From: an uncultured bacterium
GTDB taxonomy: Bacteria; Planctomycetota; UBA8108; UBA1146
DNA: 51,930 bases
Reading direction: 5' to 3'
Assembly (NCBI GenBank): GCA_937876125.1
Contig: CALEHF010000226.1
Location: 1-51,930 of the forward strand
Below the pieces are notes generated by a model. It was not told the origin of the DNA. It did no database searches and saw nothing but the letters and a program-made list of their open reading frames with translations. The position numbers and the translations under genes were made by a program. Below are positions 27,604 through 35,483 of the stretch, in pieces. The first letter of the stretch is position 1. Each line of letters starts with the position of its first letter.

Positions 27604-27755
27604 GGTTTTTGGTGGGCTCGAGCGGGCGCAGCTCTTTGGCGGCCCGAGCGGGCGCTATCCCCCGGGGGCGGAACCGTTTAAGCTGGGTGCTTCACTCAGG
27701 AGTCAATGGCTGCCCGCCTTGAATCATTCCGTACCGCCGAACTAGAGAGGGTGCG

Positions 27756-28028
27756 ATGGAGAAGTCGATCTACTCCCATGAAGTGTTCTTGACTGGGCAG
27801 GTCACCGTGACGGTCCGACGGCTAGAGGACGGGCGGCCCCTGACGGGGAAGAGCGTCACGTTCAAGTCGTGCGGGTTCACTTGAGGCGCACACCAGAGCC
27901 GCACGGATCGTGACGGCAAAGCAGAAATCGATGCGCCCCTCGGGCATGTCAAAGTCTCATGCGGATCAGCCACCGAGGAGTTGTGGGTCGGTGCCGACCA
28001 GACCTACGCGGTCCACCTCGAGGTTTGA
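27756..28028 (+). CDS. candidate small Ig-like/transthyretin-like protein with in-frame UGA (27882-27884), possible selenoprotein or disrupted gene
   Basis: MEKSIYSHEVFLTGQVTVTVRRLEDGRPLTGKSVTFKSCGFT-TGA-GAHQSRTDRDGKAEIDAPLGHVKVSCGSATEELWVGADQTYAVHLEV-TGA. The same frame stays coding-like on both sides of the TGA (G/C-rich position 3). An 8-bp hairpin at 27898-27917 starts 13 nt after the TGA (core stem 14 nt). Confidence 0.3.
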
Positions 28029-28051
28029 TTTAGGGAAGTAGTCGCGACTCC

Positions 28052-28570
28052 TCACAATCGGGTGAGGAGCGCCTCGAGGTCGATGTCTGACGTGGGCAGC
28101 CCAGGAATGTGTTCTTTGAACCAGTCCTCGTAGTCCCCTTTGGTCTCCTTCGAGAGCAGCGACTCGATCGTCGCCTCGCAGTCGCCGCAGCAGACTTCCG
28201 GCCCGGCGATCCAGTCATCCCCACGACAGATAATGCGTGTCGACAGGCGCTCGAGGGTCGCCGCCTCGACCCCGCAAAAGGTGCATGCGTCCGATGCGCC
28301 ACCGAGCTCGGAGTGACCGAACCATTCGCGGAGTTTCGCCTCCGAATCCTCCGATAGGCAACCGGACAGGTCATCGGAGCAGTCGAAGCAGATCGCGAAC
28401 TCAAAGATGCAGCGATCCCACCGGTGCTCCTTGACGATCGAGTATCCGACTCGCAGAGCGAGCTCCTCGGCGCAAACCCCACACTTCACAAACGGACCAT
28501 CGCCGCACTCGGTGTGGAATTCGGGCGGGATCGGACCTTGCGGGGGTAGGAAGGGGAAGAGTTCGCGCAC
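28052..28570 (-). CDS. hypothetical cysteine-rich protein (12 Cys in 172 aa, several CxxC-like pairs)
   Basis: GTG start preceded by GGAGG. High GC3. Motifs CGDGPFVKCGVC, CFDC, CTFC and CCGDC suggest zinc-ribbon-type metal sites. No family recognised. Confidence 0.6.
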   Translation of the reverse strand: MRELFPFLPPQGPIPPEFHTECGDGPFVKCGVCAEELALRVGYSIVKEHRWDRCIFEFAICFDCSDDLSGCLSEDSEAKLREWFGHSELGGASDACTFCGVEAATLERLSTRIICRGDDWIAGPEVCCGDCEATIESLLSKETKGDYEDWFKEHIPGLPTSDIDLEALLTRL

Positions 28571-28863
28571 GCGGGAGCCTCCGGTTGATCCTGTCCAACG
28601 CCGAGCCGTTCGCCCCCAAACCTACGACGAGGGGCGATTCAGCGACAGTGTCTCTTCGCGCGAGCGGTGAGATTGCGGCGAAGAGTGAGCGTCTCGGGAG
28701 CGAAAAAGTCGTGAAAGTGGCGCGATCTCGCCGGCCGGAGATGCCCTAAACTCCTGCAGCTAATGTGCTTACAGACAAGTTCGCGGGTTCGCGACGACTC
28801 TTTGATGCCGGCCGCGCATCCCCTTACGATCGCCGGTCACCCAAAACCGGACCGGGAGCCGTC

Positions 28864-30177
28864 GTGACGATCGATTCCACTGCCATCGAGTCCATCCGAG
28901 CGATCGCGGAGGGCGCGACCGAGAGCGATCTCGTCCGTTACCGCGGGATCCGGACGTGGACCGAACATATCGTGAGCCCTCTCGCGGTCGAGGACACCGT
29001 CGTCCAAACGATGCCGGATGTCAGCCCGACCAAGTGGCACCTCGCCCATACGAGTTGGTTCTTCGAGACCTTCCTCCTCACCCCGCACCTCACTGGCTAC
29101 CGATCTCCCCAGCCGATTTTCGAGTCCCTCTTCAATTCCTACTACAACTCGGTCGGCGCACAGTTCTCCCGCCCAGAGCGCGGCCTGCTCTCGCGCCCGA
29201 CCCTCGCCGAGGTTCTTGAGTACCGGCGGGTGATCGATGTTGGCATCGCGCAGCTCATCGAGCGGGGGCTCCTCGACAACTCCGCTTGTCGGGCAATCTT
29301 CGAGTTGGGGATGCGGCACGAGCAACAGCACCAAGAGTTGATGGTCACAGACCTGAAACATGTGCTCTCGCAGAATCTCGTCGAGCCGATTTACCGGGAG
29401 CGCGCTGACGCGCCGAACTCACTCGTATCTCCGTTGGAATGGATCGCGTTCCCCGAACAGGTGTGCGAGATCGGCTTCGACAAGAGTGGTGACGCCGAGG
29501 AGAGCCCGTTCTCGTTCGACAACGAGGGGCCGCGCCACCGCGTCCTGGTCGGCGATTTCGAGTTGGCGACACGCCCGGTCACCGCCGGGGAGTACCTCGC
29601 CTTTATCGACGATGGCGGCTACCGCACTCATTCCCTGTGGCTGTCCGAAGGGTGGGCGCGAGTGCGCGACCTCGGGTGGCAGGCTCCCCTCTACTGGCGC
29701 GAAGACGACGGCGCATGGACGCAGTTCACACTTTCGGGTCGTCGGCCGATCGATCGGTCGGAGCCCGTCACCCATCTCAGCTACTTCGAAGCGGATGCGT
29801 TCGCTCGCTGGGCGGGGGCGCGGCTCCCGACCGAGTTCGAGTGGGAAGTCGCGGCGGAAGACGTTCCTGTCGAGGGACGGTTCGCCGAGTCGAACCGCTT
29901 CCACCCCGGCCCCGCCCCCGCGGGCGCTCCCGGCCTCACCCAAATGTATGGCGATGTTTGGCAGTGGACCCAAAGTGCCTACGGACCCTATCCGGGCTAT
30001 GCGCCGGCGGAGGGCGCCTTGGGCGAATACAACGGTAAATTCATGAGCGGGCAGATGGTCCTTCGCGGCGGATCGATCGCGACCCCCGCTGGGCATGTAC
30101 GCCCCACGTACAGGAACTTCTGGCACCCCCCGACTCGATTCCAGTTCTCGGGCGTGCGTCTGGCGAGGAAACGATGA
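28864..30177 (+). CDS. egtB: ergothioneine biosynthesis sulfoxide synthase EgtB (DinB_2 + FGE-sulfatase domains)
   Basis: WHLAHTSWFFE, RHEQQHQELM, and the C-terminal FGE-like GDVWQWT...RGGS...YRNF. Start placed at GTG 28864 (GGGAG upstream). The ORF-track start 28765 has no RBS. Confidence 0.88.
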   Translation: MTIDSTAIESIRAIAEGATESDLVRYRGIRTWTEHIVSPLAVEDTVVQTMPDVSPTKWHLAHTSWFFETFLLTPHLTGYRSPQPIFESLFNSYYNSVGAQFSRPERGLLSRPTLAEVLEYRRVIDVGIAQLIERGLLDNSACRAIFELGMRHEQQHQELMVTDLKHVLSQNLVEPIYRERADAPNSLVSPLEWIAFPEQVCEIGFDKSGDAEESPFSFDNEGPRHRVLVGDFELATRPVTAGEYLAFIDDGGYRTHSLWLSEGWARVRDLGWQAPLYWREDDGAWTQFTLSGRRPIDRSEPVTHLSYFEADAFARWAGARLPTEFEWEVAAEDVPVEGRFAESNRFHPGPAPAGAPGLTQMYGDVWQWTQSAYGPYPGYAPAEGALGEYNGKFMSGQMVLRGGSIATPAGHVRPTYRNFWHPPTRFQFSGVRLARKR

Positions 30178-31142
30178 GTCGACGAGAAGTTGAACTACTC
30201 GAGCACCGTTCCCACCTGCGCACTCAGCTGGAAGAGGTCGCGATCGGCCTGACCCAAACCGATCAAAAGACACTGCCCTGCAAGTGGTTCTACGACGAGC
30301 TCGGATCGCAGTTGTTCGATCGGATCTGCACTCTCGATGCGTACTACCCGACGCGCACCGAGCACCGGATCCTCGAAGACTCCGCCGAGGCGATGGCGCG
30401 CATGTGCGGTCCGGAGTGTGCGATCATCGAGTACGGCGCTGGCAGCGTCGTGAAGGTGCGATTTCTCCTCGATGCGCTCGAAGAGCCAGTCGCTGTGGTA
30501 CCGATCGATATCTCAGGAAGTCACGTCGCCGCCGCAGCCGCGGAGCTCGCCGCCGATTACCCCGCAATCGAGGTGCTCCCGGTTTGCGCAGATTACACTC
30601 GACACGTTCCTCTTCCCCCGATGCGACGCGAGGCGCGGCGAAAGGTCGCGTTCTTCCCTGGCTCGACGATCGGCAACTTTCATAGGGACGCCGCGATCGA
30701 GTTCTTGTCGCGCATCGCTCAGACGGTCGGTGAGCACGGCGCGCTCATCATCGGCGTCGATCGCAAGAAAGACGCGGCGATCCTCGAACTCGCGTACAAC
30801 GATCCCGAAGGGATCACGGCGGAGTTCAACCGCAATCTGCTCCGTCACCTCAACCGCGAACTCGGGACCGACTTCGATCTCGACCGATTTACCCATCGCG
30901 CCGTGTACTCAGAAGCGAGGGGGCGCATCGAGATGCACCTCGAGAGCGAGTCCGATCAGACCGTGATGGTGGGGGAGACTCCGGTCGAGCTGACCTCTGG
31001 CGAGACGATCCGGACCGAGTGCAGCTACAAGTACTCGTCGTCTGAGTTCCGAGTGCTCGCCCGCGAGGCGGGGTTCCGCTGTCGCGCCGAATGGACCGAC
31101 GAGGATCGTCTGTTCGGGGTGTACCTGCTCGAAGTGGCGTAG
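30174..31142 (+). CDS. egtD: L-histidine N-alpha-methyltransferase EgtD
   Basis: KWFYDELGSQLFDRICTLDAYYPTRTEHRIL and the SAM-methyltransferase core EYGAGS. ATGA overlap with egtB. Confidence 0.9.
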   Translation: MSRREVELLEHRSHLRTQLEEVAIGLTQTDQKTLPCKWFYDELGSQLFDRICTLDAYYPTRTEHRILEDSAEAMARMCGPECAIIEYGAGSVVKVRFLLDALEEPVAVVPIDISGSHVAAAAAELAADYPAIEVLPVCADYTRHVPLPPMRREARRKVAFFPGSTIGNFHRDAAIEFLSRIAQTVGEHGALIIGVDRKKDAAILELAYNDPEGITAEFNRNLLRHLNRELGTDFDLDRFTHRAVYSEARGRIEMHLESESDQTVMVGETPVELTSGETIRTECSYKYSSSEFRVLAREAGFRCRAEWTDEDRLFGVYLLEVA

Positions 31143-31451
31143 GAGCCGAGAAGGACCAATTCCCCGGCGGGGATCTGGAGGTCGGGCCCTGGAACCGCGG
31201 GGACCGGAGACCCCGGAAATCGCAATTCGACCCCGTGGAACGCAAGCGGGGGGGCTGGTGGGGTGGGGAGAGAAGTCTTGTCGCTTGAGCCTACCCAGGA
31301 TGACACCCCGGGGTTTACCGATCTCCAGAGAGCCCCGAAACCGTCCTCGACCTCCCGGGGTTCGATCGGGTGCAGTGGCTCGGGAGAGACTCCTCTCCCC
31401 GGCCGCACTTCCGGACACCTCCGCGAGCGTCCCCCCCGAAAGGATCGCATT

Positions 31452-32459
31452 GTGAAATCGAACTTGCTGCGCAACCTCGCCCTGACGTTCACCACGGCGG
31501 CGGTCTTCACCGTCGCCGAGCCGGTTTCGGCCCAGACGCCCGCACCGGCCCCGAAGCCCACCCCGGAGAAGAAAGATGACCCCGCTCCGGCCCCGAGCCG
31601 TGGTCAGCGGATGCTCGAGCGCATGGATGAGGACGGGGACGGCAAGATTGCCATCAGTGAGCTCCCCGAGTTCATGGCGGAGCGGATGAAGGGCGCCGAC
31701 ACCGACGGCGATGGCTTCATTACCGCGGCTGAGATCGATGCGATGCCGCAGCCCGAAGGGGGTCGCGGGGGCCGCGGCGGTCGCGGCGGTCGCGGCGGCG
31801 ACGGTGAAGACGGCGGTCGCGGCGGAGATCGCCGTCGGGGCGGACGCGTCGACAACACCCCGGAGCAAATGCTCGCACGCCTCGATGCCAACAAAGACGG
31901 CAAGATCGCCAAGGACGAAGTTCCCGAGCGGATGGCGGAGCGCCTGATGGCGGGGGACCTCGACAAGGACGGTTTCCTCACCCTCGCCGAGCTGAAGAAG
32001 GCGGATCAGACCCGTCGCGAGGAGAACGCGAAGCGCACCATGGAGCGCTTCGACAAGAACAAGGACGGCAAGATCACGACCGATGAGCTCCCCGAGCGCG
32101 GTCGCGAGCGCATGGCGCGCCTCGACACCGACAAAGATGGCGTGATCACCCTCAAAGAGCTCACCGCGCCGCCGCCGGCTCCCCCGGCAGAGGGCACGGG
32201 ACGCGGTGCGGGACAGGGTGGCAGGGGACCGGATGGCATGGGACTGGGTGGCGATGCGCGCGGTGGAGCCCAGGTGCTCGAGCGCCGCGACGCCAACAAA
32301 GATGGCAAGCTCACCGGCGACGAGATCCCTGGTTGGATGCAGCGCCGCATGGAGACGCTCGACAAGAACAAGGACGGCGCGCTGACTGCCGATGAGCTCG
32401 GTGGCGGGAGCACGGAGAAGCCGCCGGCTCCGCCGAAGAAGGGGTCGGTCGATCTGTAA
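31452..32459 (+). CDS. secreted EF-hand repeat protein (8 EF-hand loops) with an RGG-rich linker
   Basis: Start placed at GTG 31452 (VKSNLLRNLALTFTTAAVFTVAEPVSA signal peptide). Loops DEDGDGKIAISE, DTDGDGFITAAE, DANKDGKIAKDE, DLDKDGFLTLAE, DKNKDGKITTDE, DTDKDGVITLKE, DANKDGKLTGDE, DKNKDGALTADE. Confidence 0.8.
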   Translation: MKSNLLRNLALTFTTAAVFTVAEPVSAQTPAPAPKPTPEKKDDPAPAPSRGQRMLERMDEDGDGKIAISELPEFMAERMKGADTDGDGFITAAEIDAMPQPEGGRGGRGGRGGRGGDGEDGGRGGDRRRGGRVDNTPEQMLARLDANKDGKIAKDEVPERMAERLMAGDLDKDGFLTLAELKKADQTRREENAKRTMERFDKNKDGKITTDELPERGRERMARLDTDKDGVITLKELTAPPPAPPAEGTGRGAGQGGRGPDGMGLGGDARGGAQVLERRDANKDGKLTGDEIPGWMQRRMETLDKNKDGALTADELGGGSTEKPPAPPKKGSVDL

Positions 32460-32506
32460 GAAACGGCATTTCTCGGAGAGAACGCCCTGGATCGCTGATC
32501 GAAAAC

Positions 32507-32550
32507 AAATCGCCCCGCAGGTCGCTCGGACCTGCGGGGCGATTTCGTTG
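32507..32550 (+). terminator. intrinsic terminator
   Basis: AAATCGCCCCGCAGGTC-GCTCG-GACCTGCGGGGCGATTT (17-bp stem) followed by CGTTGTG, 48 nt after the EF-hand gene stop. Confidence 0.75.
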
Positions 32551-33488
32551 TGTTCACCCTGAGGCACTCAAGGGCAGTGCCGCTCTGACTGGCCGACGGA
32601 GCAGTCCGGAACAGCTGCGCGACAAAGAGATGGAGCGATGAAGAGAGGGCGAAGGTCCCGCCGACCTTCGCCCCCGGAATAGAGTGAGCAGGCTGGCAGA
32701 GGGCCCGGGCTGAGGGGACCGATCTGCGTCGCTCGGGCGCGCAGCGGGGAGCAGAGAGCACCCTCAGGGGCTCCCGACTCCTTCCGACTGTCGCGCTTTC
32801 GCAAAAGCGCTGGGCTGTGAGGGCCTCTTCTCGTTCCGCCGGCGGGACGGAGCTCAAAGAGGAAGAGTCACAGAAAGAGGAGGCACCCGGGTCGAGGTCC
32901 CGCCGATCCAAATTGGAGCTGCGAGTCGAGGGGCTCTCTCGATCTCGGCCGGGCGCCTCATGTGGGTTGACGTCCGCAGTTTGCGCCCGGAGGTGGGAAT
33001 TCCCCCCCGATCGCTCCGCGATGACCTGTTGCTGACGAGGGGTTGGTGTCGGCCGGGGATCGGGCGGTTTCGGAAAAGCTCCTTCTCGGCGGAAAGAGTT
33101 CGGGGTGGCGTCGGGAGCTACGAGGGGGGAGACTGGCCGGTTGACGACGATCACCAGTTCTATGGCCAGGACGTGCGGATCTTACGACCGTGCTCCATGA
33201 CTTGTGCGCTGTCGGCGTATCAATAGCGGCCGAGGAAGGGCTCTCCGAGGTCAATGGGTACTCTTGTCGAGAAGTGTCTCAGGCAGCTCGTTCTTGCTCC
33301 TTACGGACGCGCGGGCTTGACGACGCGGTTCTCCGACAAAGAGATCGCAACTCTTGAAACTCGGCTGGTAATCTCGACACCAACCTCAGGTCGAGATCCC
33401 GCACGGTCTCGGCTCCGTGACTCCCCGTCGGAGACTCGGTATGAACCGTTTCTGCCCGCCGACACCACTCGCGTAGGAGGTGATCTTC

Positions 33489-35381
33489 ATGATCTCCCGG
33501 CCCCTTCACACGAATCGCGCTCGTCTTTGGTTGGTTGTTCTCACTGTGGCGATCTCCGGCATCTGTGGCGGGAATCTGATCGCCCAACAAGCGGGCCCCA
33601 CCCCCAATCCGATCACCCCCGGCGGTGGCGGAGGAGGTACCGGTGAGTGGCCCGTGCCCCCGGTCCTCGAGCTGATCGTCGACGGGAGTTTTTCCGAATT
33701 CGGCGCGCCGACGACTCTCGGGTCCTCCGCGAAACAGATCCTCCATGGCAACTTCACGGATGATGCGGAGCTCGACGTCGTGCTCTTCGACGGCACGATC
33801 GCCAAGCTGATCTCCGGAATCGATGTCTTTACCGTCGGTTGGTCTTCGACCGTCACTGCGCGCGGAGTCGCGGCCGAGCGGCAAGCGAACGGGCAGGATA
33901 CGCTGATCGGGACGACCGACCTCGGACTCGTCCGGTTCACCTTCGAGTCGGACGCCTCTGTCACGGAACAGCCGCTCGGCTTCATGACCTGGCTGAACGC
34001 GACCCACTTGAGAATCGCCAACGTCGGGGGCGCAGAAGCGGAGTTGGATCTGATCGGGATTTCTCCGACTGGCGACGTTCTGGTTCTGCTCGATTATGAC
34101 AGTGCGACCCCCGTCGATACCTCATTCACTTCGACACACCCAGCCTTCGACTTGCTGACTCTCGATTGGGATGGAGTGGGGCCCGCCGAAATCGCCCTTT
34201 TGACTGACGACGGCCTTCGGGTCCACGCAGGAAGCGGGAGTCTCCTCTACGATGCGAGGTCCTTCCATCCCCAGGGGGTCTTCGCGAGCGCACCCCTGCC
34301 GACAGGCGCCGACGGCATCGCGTGGGTCACTCCGACCCCCAATGGCCTGCTGGAGCTCCTCGTGCTCGTGGGGAACGGCTTCGCCCCCATCGTCAAAGTC
34401 TTCCCCACCGTGACCACCGGTGCGATCGCCATGGCTGATCTCAACGATGACGGATGGCCCGAAATCGCACTGCGCCAGGGTGTGAACGGTGACCTTCTGC
34501 TCTTGAAGGGCACCCAAGGCGGCTACCTTCCCGATGACCCTGAGTACGCGCAAGTGATCGAAGGTGTCGCGGGTGACGGCAACTCCGGAACGCCGCACTT
34601 CCTCGACCTGGAAGGCGATGGCGATCTCGACTTGCTGTGGAACCTTGCGCAAGGGACCCGCATGCGAGCGATCCGCTCGGGCGTGTTCGACAGCGGAGCG
34701 CAAGCACCCGACGTGGTCTGGAAGTTTGGGGACTTCGAGAACAACGGCATCCCCTACTTCCGCTTCATCTTCGTCAACGGGGAACAGCACTCCGACGACT
34801 ATCCGCACCTGCAAGCGTGTTTGATCCGGAAAGCCGATCCGGCGACTCCCGCCGATGCGACAGTGCTGCAAGTGAAGACTCTTCCGTTTGCGGACACGCT
34901 TCCGCCGCCGCCGCTGCTCCCGGGCAACTACGCGCCGTTCACGATGAGCCACGCGATGCCCACCGGGCCGTTGGCGCCAGGGGAGCTGATTCCGGAAGAC
35001 TTCTACGGAGGGGTCGAAGAGACGTCCCCGTACCCACACTGGCAGTTCGATATTCCCGAGACGGGACTCGAGTTCGATGCGATCTACATTCTGGTTCTGC
35101 GCTACGTCAGCCTCGATGCGCAGGGCATCGTCGACTCGGCGGGCCCCTCGAGGGTTTACTACTTCACTCCGGAGCAGTTCGACGATATCGGCACGGGAGG
35201 AAGCCTCGACTACATCCTCAATCTCGCGACCTGGACCGTACTGCTTCCGACGGTCGAGCACGTCGTGCCCCCCGTCGGAACCGAACTCGAGTTGTCGAGT
35301 TCCGGAACGTACGGCGGTGAGAAGCCGGGCACGGGCACGGACGAGGACGCGAAGCCGGACTTCGGCACGTCTGGACCCTGA
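33489..35381 (+). CDS. secreted FG-GAP-like repeat protein, otherwise hypothetical
   Basis: AGGAGG is 8 nt before ATG 33489. Signal anchor RARLWLVVLTVAISGICGG. Loops ADLNDDGWPEIAL and LDLEGDGDLDLLW. C-terminal half not recognised. Confidence 0.6.
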   Translation: MISRPLHTNRARLWLVVLTVAISGICGGNLIAQQAGPTPNPITPGGGGGGTGEWPVPPVLELIVDGSFSEFGAPTTLGSSAKQILHGNFTDDAELDVVLFDGTIAKLISGIDVFTVGWSSTVTARGVAAERQANGQDTLIGTTDLGLVRFTFESDASVTEQPLGFMTWLNATHLRIANVGGAEAELDLIGISPTGDVLVLLDYDSATPVDTSFTSTHPAFDLLTLDWDGVGPAEIALLTDDGLRVHAGSGSLLYDARSFHPQGVFASAPLPTGADGIAWVTPTPNGLLELLVLVGNGFAPIVKVFPTVTTGAIAMADLNDDGWPEIALRQGVNGDLLLLKGTQGGYLPDDPEYAQVIEGVAGDGNSGTPHFLDLEGDGDLDLLWNLAQGTRMRAIRSGVFDSGAQAPDVVWKFGDFENNGIPYFRFIFVNGEQHSDDYPHLQACLIRKADPATPADATVLQVKTLPFADTLPPPPLLPGNYAPFTMSHAMPTGPLAPGELIPEDFYGGVEETSPYPHWQFDIPETGLEFDAIYILVLRYVSLDAQGIVDSAGPSRVYYFTPEQFDDIGTGGSLDYILNLATWTVLLPTVEHVVPPVGTELELSSSGTYGGEKPGTGTDEDAKPDFGTSGP

Positions 35382-35483
35382 CGGGAGCGCATCGATTCTA
35401 GTTTGAACAACGAGGGCGCGTTCGGATCGCAGAGCGAACCGAACGCGCCCTCGTTCCGTTCGACCGACGCGCTTGGGGTGGCC

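Noticed and set aside
30909-33154. 552-aa and 382-aa minus-strand ORFs opposite egtD and the EF-hand gene, running into the gap.
   Set aside because: Low-complexity Arg/Ser/Pro/Ala translations. The opposite strand encodes unmistakable EgtD and EF-hand loops.
32551-33488. RNase P RNA, tmRNA, SRP RNA or a cobalamin riboswitch in the long gap.
   Set aside because: I could not find the conserved cores on either strand (GGAAAGUCCGGGC / ACAGAACCCGGCUUA, the tmRNA 5' GGGG...3' tRNA-like end, the SRP GGAAGCAGCC loop, or the B12 box GCCACUG). A covariance-model scan is still needed.
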